A stretch of 64,000 bases of DNA from a bacterium. GTDB taxonomy: Bacteria; Zixibacteria; MSB-5A5; GN15; FEB-12. A model generated the notes under the pieces. That model had not been told where the DNA came from, did no database searches, and was given only the letters and a program-made list of their open reading frames with translations. Positions within the stretch are counted from its first letter, which is position 1; each line of letters starts with the position of its first letter. Positions 40,968 through 50,312 of this stretch are shown here, piece by piece. The DNA lies in assembly GCA_030605565.1 (NCBI GenBank), contig JAUWIB010000062.1, positions 4,141-68,140 on the forward strand, read 5' to 3'. A program made the translations under genes and the position numbers.

Positions 40968-41228
40968 CTACTTGTAATTCGATGTTATGGCAAAATCGGG
41001 ACAGTGTGTCCAGCAGATGGTGCACTGAGTGCAATCTTCTGCCCGCGCTATGGCCGGTTTGCCGTCGGAATCCGGCTCGAACACCTGGGTGGGACAAAGG
41101 GCGATACAGATGTTACAAGCTTTGCACCAGGTCAAGTTGATCTCCAAAGGGGGCGGGCCATTGGAATAATCGTACTTGCTCTTACCTTTTTTCTTAGTGG
41201 CGGGCTTGGCCGCTTGTGACTCAGTCAT
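40968..41228 (-). CDS. korD: 2[4Fe-4S] ferredoxin, oxidoreductase delta subunit
   Basis: CKACNICIALCP and CTQCTICWTHCP. Confidence 0.88.
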   Translation of the reverse strand: MTESQAAKPATKKKGKSKYDYSNGPPPLEINLTWCKACNICIALCPTQVFEPDSDGKPAIARAEDCTQCTICWTHCPDFAITSNYK

Positions 41229-41279
41229 GGATTTTCCTCGACAACTCAGATTGCATACTATTGGAACGCCATCGCCTGG

Positions 41280-42320
41280 CTATTTCTTTGCTTTTTTCGT
41301 TCGCTTGGGAGAAGCAGCTTTCTTAAGGCCGCGCTGTTTCTTCGGTGCGAGCTTCCTGGCTGCGACCTTTTTCACCGTCGCTTTCTTCGCCTTAGCCTTC
41401 TTGCTTACTGCTTTCTTCGGTGCAGCTTTCTTCGGTGCAGCTTTCTTAGCGCTTTTCATCAACTCCTTCAGCGCTGCAGGGAGTTCAGTGGGGGAACCTG
41501 CGACCGGAACACCGACCTTATTAAGCGCAACGATCTTGTCTTCGGCTGTGCCGCTGCCGCCCGCGATGATGGCTCCGGCGTGACCCATCCGTTTGCCGGG
41601 AGGAGCGGTTCGACCGGCGATGAACGCCACCACCGGTTTGGTCACATACTTCTTGATGTATTTGGCCGCATCTTCTTCATCGGAACCGCCGATCTCACCG
41701 ATCATAACGATCGCCTTGGTTGCCGGATCGGCCTGGAACGCTTCCAGACAATCGATGAAGTTCGTACCTATCACCTGATCACCACCGATACCGATGCAGG
41801 TTGACTGCCCCATGCCCGCTACGGTCAGGGCCCAAATCGCTTCGTAGGTCAGAGTGCCGGAGCGAGAGACCACACCCACGCCGCCTTTCTTGACGATGGT
41901 CGACGGCATAATGCCCACCTTGGACTGTCCCACGGAAATCAGACCGGGGCAGTTGGGACCGATCAAGCGCGCCCCATTCTCCTTGACGAAGGGATAGACC
42001 TTCATCATGTCGTTAGCGGGTACGCCTTCAGTAATACAGATAACCGTCTTGATACCGGCGCTGACCGCCTCGAAAATGGCGTCGACGGCAAATGGAGGCG
42101 GCACATAGATCACGGAGGTGTTGGCTTTCGTTTTGGCCACCGCTTCCTCGACCGTATCGAAGACAGGAATACCGGCCACCTTACTGCCGCCCTTGCCGGG
42201 CGTGACGCCACCGACCACTTTGGTGCCATACTTCTTCATCTGTTCAGCATGAAAGGAACCGTCTCGTCCGGTGATCCCCTGAACAATCAGTTTCGTTTTC
42301 TTACTAATGAATATCGACAT
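41280..42320 (-). CDS. sucD: Succinyl-CoA synthetase alpha subunit with a Lys/Ala-rich C-terminal tail
   Basis: [35 protein letters not shown], then about 58 aa of KKAAPKK-type sequence. Confidence 0.96.
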   Translation of the reverse strand: MSIFISKKTKLIVQGITGRDGSFHAEQMKKYGTKVVGGVTPGKGGSKVAGIPVFDTVEEAVAKTKANTSVIYVPPPFAVDAIFEAVSAGIKTVICITEGVPANDMMKVYPFVKENGARLIGPNCPGLISVGQSKVGIMPSTIVKKGGVGVVSRSGTLTYEAIWALTVAGMGQSTCIGIGGDQVIGTNFIDCLEAFQADPATKAIVMIGEIGGSDEEDAAKYIKKYVTKPVVAFIAGRTAPPGKRMGHAGAIIAGGSGTAEDKIVALNKVGVPVAGSPTELPAALKELMKSAKKAAPKKAAPKKAVSKKAKAKKATVKKVAARKLAPKKQRGLKKAASPKRTKKAKK

Positions 42321-42349
42321 ATCTAAGGTCCTCTCAGAGTTCCGTTTTA

Positions 42350-43483
42350 TTAGAGTCCAGCCAGTTCTATGGCCTTCTTGACCACGTTGTCAAGAGTGTC
42401 GGCCGACGGCAGATTGACCGACCGGAGAATCTTCTGGGCCGCTTCCTCGTTGGTGCCGGTAAGACGCACGACCACCGGTATGCTCGGACTGAGTTCCTTG
42501 AAGGCAGCCACGATTCCGGTAGCAACATCGTCACAGCGCGTGATGCCGCCGAAGATATTTATCAGAATAGCGCGGACGTTGGGATCCGACAAAATGATCC
42601 GCATCGCCGTGACCACTTTCTCCGGATTGGAGGAGCCGCCGATATCGAGAAAATTGGCCGGCTCACCGCCGTAGCGTTTGACCAGGTCCATCGTCGTCAT
42701 AGCCAGCCCGGCGCCGTTGACCATGCAACCGATGTTGCCGTCGAGCTTCACGTAGGACAGGTCGGCATCGCGCGCCTGAACTTCTTCCGGTATCTCGGCG
42801 TCAAGATCACGCATGGCTGCGATGTTCTTTTGACGGTAGAGGCCGTTGTCGTCGATGTTGATTTTGGCATCCAACGCGATCACTTTGGCGTCTGTATTGC
42901 AAATGAGGGGATTTATCTCAACAAGCGAGGCGTCAACTTTCCAGAAGGCGTCATAGAGCTGCATGAGGATGTTAGTCGTTGCCCGCACCTGATTGATATC
43001 GCGAAACAGCTTGAAAGCGAGATTGCGGGCCTGGTATGATTTCAAGCCGACAACGGGATCGACCGCCAGTTTGAAAATCTTCTCCGGAGTCTTCTGAGCA
43101 ACCTCCTCGATGTCTATACCACCAGCCGGCGACACCATGATGACCGGGCGTTTGGTCACGCGATCGAGAATGATACCGACGTAGGACTCACTGATAATGT
43201 CTTCCGCCTCGGTGATGAGAGCCTTCTGGACAGTGAGGCCTTTGATCTCCATGCCGATGATGCTCTGGGCCAGAATTTTGGCGGCTTCGGCGTTTTCGGC
43301 GTATTTGATACCGCCCGCCTTGCCGCGCCCGCCCACGTGCACCTGCGCCTTGACCATCACCGGCCGGTTAATCTTCTCTGCGATTTCGAATGCCTCGATC
43401 GGAGTGGCAGCCACCTTGCCGGCTGGCACCGGAATACCGGCCTCGGCGAATACCTCTTTAGCTTGATACTCATGAATCTTCAT
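42350..43483 (-). CDS. sucC: Succinyl-CoA synthetase beta subunit
   Basis: [55 protein letters not shown]. Confidence 0.96.
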   Translation of the reverse strand: MKIHEYQAKEVFAEAGIPVPAGKVAATPIEAFEIAEKINRPVMVKAQVHVGGRGKAGGIKYAENAEAAKILAQSIIGMEIKGLTVQKALITEAEDIISESYVGIILDRVTKRPVIMVSPAGGIDIEEVAQKTPEKIFKLAVDPVVGLKSYQARNLAFKLFRDINQVRATTNILMQLYDAFWKVDASLVEINPLICNTDAKVIALDAKINIDDNGLYRQKNIAAMRDLDAEIPEEVQARDADLSYVKLDGNIGCMVNGAGLAMTTMDLVKRYGGEPANFLDIGGSSNPEKVVTAMRIILSDPNVRAILINIFGGITRCDDVATGIVAAFKELSPSIPVVVRLTGTNEEAAQKILRSVNLPSADTLDNVVKKAIELAGL

Positions 43484-44874
43484 AGGTCGCGTTCCTTGAA
43501 ACTGCTTTTATCGGATAATAGATCTTTGTCTTCGAAATAGGTGCGTGCGAGAATCTCCAACTGCCCGGAATCGTTGACAGAAGGATCGTCCAGCACTTTT
43601 TCTAACAGATGGTTCAGGATCATTCCCACGGTTGGTCCGGGTTCGAGTTTGAACAGGCGCATGATGTCGGCGCCATCAAGCGCCAGATCGCCGACACCCA
43701 AGGGTGGTTTGCACGAGAGTTCCTCACGGATCTCGGTCTCAAACTGGTCGACGTCCTCGGTAGTGCCGCCCATGCCCTGCGCCACGACGTCAGCCCGTCG
43801 CAAGTCGAGCAGGTCAAAAATCAAATCCGTGCCGATCCGCCGCAACAGCCGACGCAGCCCTTTGGGTGTGACATCGGTGGTGAACATGTGACGCTCGATC
43901 AGCGTGGTAACCTGCCGGATGAAGTCGTTGGAGTACCGCAGACGCTGCAGCACTTCGCCGGTGGTTCTGGCGCCCATGCTCTCGTGCCCGTAGAAAGTAG
44001 CGCCATCGTCCACCAATCGTCGTGTCTGGGGTTTGCACACGTCGTGAAACAGGGCAGCCATCCTAAGAACCAGGCGTGGCGCGCAAGCGTCGATTGTATG
44101 CATCGAGTGCCCAAAGACGTCGTACTTGTGGTAGCCGCCCGGTTGCTCGATTCCGACTCCGGCCTGCAACTCCGGCAGAATGATATTTAACAACCCCAGG
44201 CTCTCCATCAGACGGAAACCGTTGGAGGGATGTTTAGCCAGTGTCAGGAGTTTGTTGAGTTCCTCGGCGACTCGTTCGGAGGAAACGGTATCTATCAATG
44301 CGGCGTTCTTACGGATGGCTCGAAAAGTCTCCGGTTCGATCATAAACTCAAACCGCGCTGCAAACTGGACGGCGCGCAGCATACGCAGCGGATCATCCTT
44401 GAACGAACTCGGGTAGACCATGCGCAATTGCCGCTTCTCCAGATCGAGACGTCCACCCAGAGGGTCGATCAATTCGTTGTTGTCCAGCGCCATGGCCATG
44501 GCGTTGACGGTGAAGTCGCGCCGATGAAGGTCATCCTCGACCGACAGCGACGGATCGAACGACACCTCAAACTCTTTGTGTCCCCAGCCGGTGGAGTGCT
44601 CGCTTCGCGGCAGAGTAAGGTCAAACGTTCGTCCCTGACCCTCACGGAACTGAGTATACTTGATAACGCCGAAACTTTTTCCGACCAGATCGACCCGGCC
44701 GCGACGACTGAGTAGCCGACTGAGTTCGTCATATTCAATGCCGGTGACGAGATAGTCGCAATCCTTGGTGGCCGCAGTACCGAACAGGATGCGATCGCGT
44801 ACGGCGCCGCCCACTTCGTAGATGCGTCCTTTCTCAAGTATCGCCTGGATGGTCTCGTCCGACAGTTGGTTCAT
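43480..44874 (-). CDS. CCA tRNA nucleotidyltransferase / poly(A) polymerase family protein with an HD domain
   Basis: VGGAVRD, DCD, DL.RRDFTVNAMA, DPLRMLRAVQF, YHKYDV..H, LFHDVCKP. Confidence 0.88.
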   Translation of the reverse strand: MNQLSDETIQAILEKGRIYEVGGAVRDRILFGTAATKDCDYLVTGIEYDELSRLLSRRGRVDLVGKSFGVIKYTQFREGQGRTFDLTLPRSEHSTGWGHKEFEVSFDPSLSVEDDLHRRDFTVNAMAMALDNNELIDPLGGRLDLEKRQLRMVYPSSFKDDPLRMLRAVQFAARFEFMIEPETFRAIRKNAALIDTVSSERVAEELNKLLTLAKHPSNGFRLMESLGLLNIILPELQAGVGIEQPGGYHKYDVFGHSMHTIDACAPRLVLRMAALFHDVCKPQTRRLVDDGATFYGHESMGARTTGEVLQRLRYSNDFIRQVTTLIERHMFTTDVTPKGLRRLLRRIGTDLIFDLLDLRRADVVAQGMGGTTEDVDQFETEIREELSCKPPLGVGDLALDGADIMRLFKLEPGPTVGMILNHLLEKVLDDPSVNDSGQLEILARTYFEDKDLLSDKSSFKERDL

Positions 44875-44877
44875 AGC

Positions 44878-45828
44878 TCAATCCGGCACTATTCTGGTTC
44901 CGGCTTCACCGTGGATAGCTTTGCCGGCGTTGTTAAGCGAAGTTATGGCTACCATCTCCCCGCCGTCCTCGAGGAACTTGATGGCGGCATCTATTTTCGG
45001 TCCCATCGAGCCGGGCGGAAAATGACCCTCGGCATGATACTTCTTGATCTCTGAAAGGGTCACACGCCCCAGATCTTTCTGGTCAGGCTGGCCGTAGTTG
45101 ATAGCCACCCGGTCAACGTCGGTGAGGATCGACAAAATCTCAGCGCCGATTTCGGCGCCAATCACGGCTGAGGCGAGGTCCTTGTCGATGACGGCGTCAA
45201 TGCCCTCGTAATCGCCGTTTTTGTCAATGTAGACCGGTATTCCCCCGCCACCGCCGGCGATCACGATGGCGCCGGCTGACACCAGGGTCTTGATGGTCTC
45301 GGCCTCGATAGTGTGGTACGGCATGGGTGACGGTACGACCCGTCGCCAGCCGCGATCACCGTCCTCTTTCATCCGCCAACCCCGAGCAGTGGTGAACTTC
45401 TGAGCTTCGTCTTCGGTGTAGAACTGCCCAATGTACTTGGTAGGGTTATCGATGGCGGGGTCACGGGGATCGACCAACATCTGCGTGATGATAGTCACCA
45501 CCGGTCGGTGGATTCCTTCGGCGCGCAGTCGGTTCCGTAGCGACTGCGCGATCATGTAGCCCATGCCGCCTTCGGTGTCGGCCACGCAGACGCCAAGCGG
45601 CAGGATGGGAGCCTTGTCACGCGCCAGTTCGACGCGGAGGATGGCGTTGCCCACCTGGGGGCCGTTGCCATGACTCATCACCAGATTATATCCCTCGCGG
45701 GCCAGTTGCACGACGCCGTCCAGCGAGGTGCGCGTATTGGCAAACTGGTTGGCGATTGTATCCTCGATATCGGGCTGTGTAATGGCGTTTCCACCGAGGG
45801 CAATCACTGCTGTCTTGTGGCCGGTCAT
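44878..45828 (-). CDS. arcC: Carbamate kinase
   Basis: ALGGNA, HGNGPQVG, PTKYIG, GWRRVVPSP, GGGGIPV, AVIDKD, GSMGPKI. Confidence 0.95.
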   Translation of the reverse strand: MTGHKTAVIALGGNAITQPDIEDTIANQFANTRTSLDGVVQLAREGYNLVMSHGNGPQVGNAILRVELARDKAPILPLGVCVADTEGGMGYMIAQSLRNRLRAEGIHRPVVTIITQMLVDPRDPAIDNPTKYIGQFYTEDEAQKFTTARGWRMKEDGDRGWRRVVPSPMPYHTIEAETIKTLVSAGAIVIAGGGGGIPVYIDKNGDYEGIDAVIDKDLASAVIGAEIGAEILSILTDVDRVAINYGQPDQKDLGRVTLSEIKKYHAEGHFPPGSMGPKIDAAIKFLEDGGEMVAITSLNNAGKAIHGEAGTRIVPD

Positions 45829-45900
45829 TCTCCGTTTCTTCCGGTGTGGTTGGACCGTATGAAGCAGAGCAGGCCGACTTTTGCCGACCCGCCCGCTGGT

Positions 45901-47268
45901 TCACTTCGATTTCTTAGAGCTCTTCTTCGAGCCTTTCTTTTTCGCTTGTCCTTCGACAAAGGTCTCCAGGACATCGTTGAGGTTCGGCGATCCGATCTCC
46001 TGCAGACTGTAGGTGACGCGCACTGTCGGCTTCTTGATCTTGATCAACCGCGTGAGATCGATAGGAGTGGCAACCACCACGGCGTCGCACTTAGTGCGGT
46101 TAATAGTAGTCTCAAGGTCCTTCACCTGTTGATCGCCGTAGCCCATGGCCGGCAGTAAGGTGCCGATATCAGGATACTTCTCAAACGTCTTGGTGATCGA
46201 CTTTACCGTAAACGGTCTCGGGTCGACCAGTTCGGCTGCGCCGTATTTCTCGGCAGCCACCACGCCGGCCCCGTAGGCCATCTCGCCGTGCGTGAGAGTG
46301 GGACCGTCCTCAACCACGAGAACCTTCTTGCCGCGAATCAACTCCGGCTTGTCCACTCCCAACGGTGAGGCGGCGTCAACCACCACCGCGTTCGGATTGT
46401 AAGCTGCGATATTGCGACGCACCTCGGCAACCCCTTCCGGGTCAGCCGAATCAATCTTGTTAATCACGACTACATCGGCCATCAGTAAATTGTTCTGGCC
46501 CGGGTAGTAGCTCAATTCGTGGCCGGGACGATGCGGGTCCACCACGGTGATCAGCAGATCAGCGGCATAGAACGACATGTCATTATTGCCGCCGTCCCAG
46601 AGAATAATGTCCGCTTCTTTTTCGGCTTCACGGACAATCATCTCGTAATCGACACCGGCGTAGACAATGACACCGCTCATGATGTGCGGTTCGTACTCCT
46701 CGCGCTCTTCGATTGTGCATTTGTGCTTGTCAAGGTCACTCAACTTGGCGAAGCGTTGGCAAGCCTGCTTGGCCAGATCGCCGTACGGCATGGGATGACG
46801 GATCGCCACCACTTTCTTGCCCAGGGACTGCAGGATTTCCGCTACTCTGCGAGTAGTCTGCGACTTGCCACAACCTGTCCTGATGGCGCACACTGACACC
46901 ACCGGTTTCGTGGACTTTACCATGGTTGGGCTGCCGCCCTCGAGGGCGAAACGCACCCCGGCCGACATAACATACGCCGCGCGCTCCATCACGTATTGAT
47001 AGGGAACGTCGGAGTATGCAAAGACGACTTCTTCCACGTCGTGTTTCTTGATCAGGTCCAGAAGGTCCGACTCATCGTGGATCGGGATACCTTTCGGATA
47101 GAGCTTTCCCGCCAACGAGGCCGGGTAGCGACGTCCTTCGATATCAGGGATCTGCGTGGCGGTAAAGGCCACTACTTCGATGCTCTTGTTGTCACGATAC
47201 AAACAATTGAAATTATGGAAATCGCGCCCGGCGGCGCCCATAACGATTATCTTCCTGGCTTTAGCCAT
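45901..47268 (-). CDS. CpgS-like P-loop enzyme (COG2403 family); candidate arginine synthetase ArcE
   Basis: MGAAGRDFHNF, AFTATQIP, RTGCGKSQ, RHPMPYG, TIEEREEYE, WDGGNND, EDGPTLTHG, PAMGY. Directly upstream of arcC. Confidence 0.75.
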   Translation of the reverse strand: MAKARKIIVMGAAGRDFHNFNCLYRDNKSIEVVAFTATQIPDIEGRRYPASLAGKLYPKGIPIHDESDLLDLIKKHDVEEVVFAYSDVPYQYVMERAAYVMSAGVRFALEGGSPTMVKSTKPVVSVCAIRTGCGKSQTTRRVAEILQSLGKKVVAIRHPMPYGDLAKQACQRFAKLSDLDKHKCTIEEREEYEPHIMSGVIVYAGVDYEMIVREAEKEADIILWDGGNNDMSFYAADLLITVVDPHRPGHELSYYPGQNNLLMADVVVINKIDSADPEGVAEVRRNIAAYNPNAVVVDAASPLGVDKPELIRGKKVLVVEDGPTLTHGEMAYGAGVVAAEKYGAAELVDPRPFTVKSITKTFEKYPDIGTLLPAMGYGDQQVKDLETTINRTKCDAVVVATPIDLTRLIKIKKPTVRVTYSLQEIGSPNLNDVLETFVEGQAKKKGSKKSSKKSK

Positions 47269-47423
47269 GTCAAACTCCATTCAGTTCAAATCATTCGTTA
47301 GCTGTCAGCGTTACACATGCCGCGGGTTGAGATCCTGCGGCATTTCCCTCCGTGGGCTAACGATTCAGCAAAATGCGCGATCATGACTTCTAAGAGCGTT
47401 CCTCACCTGAAAATCACCTTCAT

Positions 47424-48917
47424 CTACTGGTTGTCGATCTGGGGCCGCTGCAAGCTGCCGGAGAAATCGACGTAGACCGACTTCCACTCGCTGAAAACGT
47501 CGAGACAGGCGGTGGCTGCTTCGCGATGGCCGTTACCGGTTTCTTTGGTGCCGCCGAACGGCAGGTGTGTCTCGGCGCCGATGGTCGGAGCGTTGACATA
47601 GAAGATGCCGGTGTAGACATCGCGCATGGCGGTGTAGGCGTTGTTCACATCCTGCGTGAAGATGGACGCCGAAAGACCATAGGGCGTGTCGTTGGCCATG
47701 GCGATAGCTTCATCCAGTGAACCACAAACAGCTATACCCAACACCGGTCCGAAGATCTCCTCTTTCCAGATACGCATCGACTGAGTGACCTCGCCGAAAA
47801 CGGTCGGCTGCAGGAAGAACCCTTTGTCGTAATCGCCGCCGGTCAGCCGTTCGCCGCCGGTGAGGAGTTTGGCTCCATCTTTCTTGCCGATCTCGATGTA
47901 ACCTAACACGGTGTCAAGCTGAGCCTGGGAGATTGCCGGACCCATTTCGACCGATTCATCAAGGCCGTTGCCAACTTTCAGTTTTCTGGCGCGTTCCACG
48001 ATCATGGACGTGAACTTCTCGACCACGTCCTTGTGACAAACGATTCGGCTGGTAGCCGTGCAACGCTGGCCGGTAGTGCCGAACGCACCCCACAGGGCGC
48101 CGTCGACAGCCAACTCGAGTTTGGCGTCGTCCATGACGATCTGGACGTTCTTGCCACCCATCTCCAGACAACAGTGCTTGAAATCGGTCGCGCAGGCCTC
48201 AGAAACCTTGCGGCCCACCTCGGTCGACCCCGTGAACGAGACAACGCGCACGTTCGGGTTCTTGATAATCGGTGCGCCCAGAGCCGAACCCGACCCGGTG
48301 ACCATGTTGACCACGCCCGGCGGGATGCCTTCATCGTGGCAAGCCTGAATCAAATTAGCTACCGACAGAGGGGTATCCGTGGCCGGTTTGATCACCACCG
48401 TATTACCGCAAATCAACGCCGGCATCATCTTCCATGATGGGATCGCCATAGGGAAATTCCACGGCGTGATAAACGAACAAACACCCAGCGGCTGACGCAC
48501 TGTCATGTTAAACTTATTCTCCATCTCCGATGGCGTGGTCATGCCGAAAAGACGTCGTCCTTCACCAGCCATGTAGAACGTCATGTCGATAGCTTCCTGC
48601 GTATCGCCGCGCGTCTCTTTGATAACCTTACCCATCTCCTGCGTCATCTGCTGCGAGAAAGGTTCTTTTTGGTCGAGCATGCGCTGTGCAACCTTGTACA
48701 GGATCTCGCCACGCTTGGGCGCCGGGACCAGCCGCCACTTCTTGTATGCTTCGGTGGCGGCGTCAATCGCCATCGCGACGTCATCAGCATTCGATTTTTG
48801 AAAGATACCCAGCACTTCGTCAGTGTTGGCGGGGTTGCGGTTCTCGTAGGTTTTGTTCGACGAGGATTCGACCCACTCACCGTTGATAAAATTCTTGTAG
48901 AGTTTGGGACTGCTCAT
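47424..48917 (-). CDS. NAD(P)-dependent aldehyde dehydrogenase
   Basis: [25 protein letters not shown], catalytic GQRCTA, EEIFGP, YGLSAS, PFGG. Confidence 0.9.
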   Translation of the reverse strand: MSSPKLYKNFINGEWVESSSNKTYENRNPANTDEVLGIFQKSNADDVAMAIDAATEAYKKWRLVPAPKRGEILYKVAQRMLDQKEPFSQQMTQEMGKVIKETRGDTQEAIDMTFYMAGEGRRLFGMTTPSEMENKFNMTVRQPLGVCSFITPWNFPMAIPSWKMMPALICGNTVVIKPATDTPLSVANLIQACHDEGIPPGVVNMVTGSGSALGAPIIKNPNVRVVSFTGSTEVGRKVSEACATDFKHCCLEMGGKNVQIVMDDAKLELAVDGALWGAFGTTGQRCTATSRIVCHKDVVEKFTSMIVERARKLKVGNGLDESVEMGPAISQAQLDTVLGYIEIGKKDGAKLLTGGERLTGGDYDKGFFLQPTVFGEVTQSMRIWKEEIFGPVLGIAVCGSLDEAIAMANDTPYGLSASIFTQDVNNAYTAMRDVYTGIFYVNAPTIGAETHLPFGGTKETGNGHREAATACLDVFSEWKSVYVDFSGSLQRPQIDNQ

Positions 48918-49278
48918 ATTGTACTCCATAGGCTCCGTTTTTTTTCGTTTCAGACGCACCAACTCAGGCGCCAGGGTGATTGTGAATTCATTCACAGTCG
49001 CCGAAAGCAAGCCGTTAATATAGTTCTTATTTGATTCTTGTCAACCGGTTTCACGGTTAGCGGCGCAAGAATTCCACCTTGTGCGACAACGGGTTACGGC
49101 AACGAGTGAGCACCCGGAAAACCCCCCGCTATGAGTCCGCTTTTGGTCGGAAATCAGTGTTGGACAAACAGCTTATCCATACTTTCCAGAGAGATGCAGA
49201 GATTTCGTTGGTCATTCCGGTGCCTTTATCGTTTATATTACAGAGAGTGCTCAGAGAGAAGAACCACCAGGAGAGCCG

Positions 49279-49920
49279 ATGTACGCCCTTGTACTGACCA
49301 CTTTGCTTTCGCTTCCGCTGTATCCGGTCAATCCGGTCAAGCAGGATACACTCAACATGATGAATATGCACTTTTCGGTCGGTGTGACCGCTCCGAACGG
49401 TCTGGTTCAAACGGGGGTTGAGTTCAGCGCCAAGTATGAGTTTATGATAGTGCATCCGTTGGTGCTGCGGGTGGCTGCTGACTATCGGATCAGCCGGATG
49501 AAGCATGTGCGTTACCCGGACGGCACGGTGTTTGGTCCCTTGCTGTCGCTGGAAGCGCTCTATTATCGAGGGACAAATCGGTTGACCGGTTTCATCGGCG
49601 GCGGGGCGGTGCTGGCGCTGTACGATCACAGCACGAGCCGGTCGGTGGCGGATTCGTTGGAGCTTCTAAATGACATTACCGATACCGGCTTCAATAGAGC
49701 CAACGGGTATCGGCTGACCTTCGGTTTGCGCTTTCACCGAACGTACTCGCTGGAGGTAAGTATTACCGACGTTCGCCCCAGCTTCGTCTACAGCACCGAC
49801 ATGGGGGACGGTTCCTATTCGCGTCGTTACGCTAAAGCTCGTTTCAACGACTTCCGCGTCTCGTTTGGGTATCTCTTACCGCTGTACGCCGGCAGACATC
49901 GCGCCCACGGTCCGGGGTAG
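49279..49920 (+). CDS. Hypothetical exported, probably outer-membrane beta-barrel protein
   Basis: Hydrophobic N-terminus, amphipathic beta-strands, C-terminal VSFGY. Confidence 0.55.
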   Translation: MYALVLTTLLSLPLYPVNPVKQDTLNMMNMHFSVGVTAPNGLVQTGVEFSAKYEFMIVHPLVLRVAADYRISRMKHVRYPDGTVFGPLLSLEALYYRGTNRLTGFIGGGAVLALYDHSTSRSVADSLELLNDITDTGFNRANGYRLTFGLRFHRTYSLEVSITDVRPSFVYSTDMGDGSYSRRYAKARFNDFRVSFGYLLPLYAGRHRAHGPG

Positions 49921-49955
49921 TACGGCTTCACGCCAGGTTCCTTCGGCGAGCACAG

Positions 49956-50052
49956 TCTTCGTAGGTCGAAACCCCTGCGGTTTCGACACAGCAGGCAAGC
50001 CTGTTTCTTGTGCTTCGCGCACCCACCTGCCTGTTCGCTGTAGGTGGGGTAC
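49956..50052 (+). repeat. Degenerate repeat of about 95 bp, copy 1 (copy 2 at 51607-51700)
   Basis: tcttcgtaggtcgaaa...gcgcacccacctgcc..ttcgct.taggYggggtac is shared by both copies. Confidence 0.8.
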
Positions 50053-50144
50053 CATGAAACCCGGACGAACGTCCGGGCCACCCTGCCGGGCGTCGGCGTC
50101 GGTGGTGATGAGCTTGTAGATTCGTCCAGTCGTTTTATTACTGT

Positions 50145-50284
50145 GTCACCCTGAGCGGAGTCGAAGGGTCCATCAATTGCTTCGGCGACGTCATACCTCG
50201 ACTCCGCTCGGCATGACGTTGAAGGTCACTCGGCGTGACGTTGAAGGTCGCTCGGCATGACGTTGAAGGTCGCTCGGCATGACG
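50145..50284. repeat. REP doublet followed by a 22-bp tandem repeat (about 3.5 copies)
   Basis: gtcaccctgagcggagtcgaaggg plus an inverted arm; unit ctcggcRtgacgttgaaggtcR at 50207, 50229, 50251 and a partial copy at 50273; no spacers. Confidence 0.85.
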
Positions 50285-50312
50285 GGGATGGCAGGATCGC
50301 AGGGATCCTGCC

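Noticed and set aside
50207-50284. Possible CRISPR array
   Set aside because: The repeats are contiguous with no unique spacers, and there are no cas genes.
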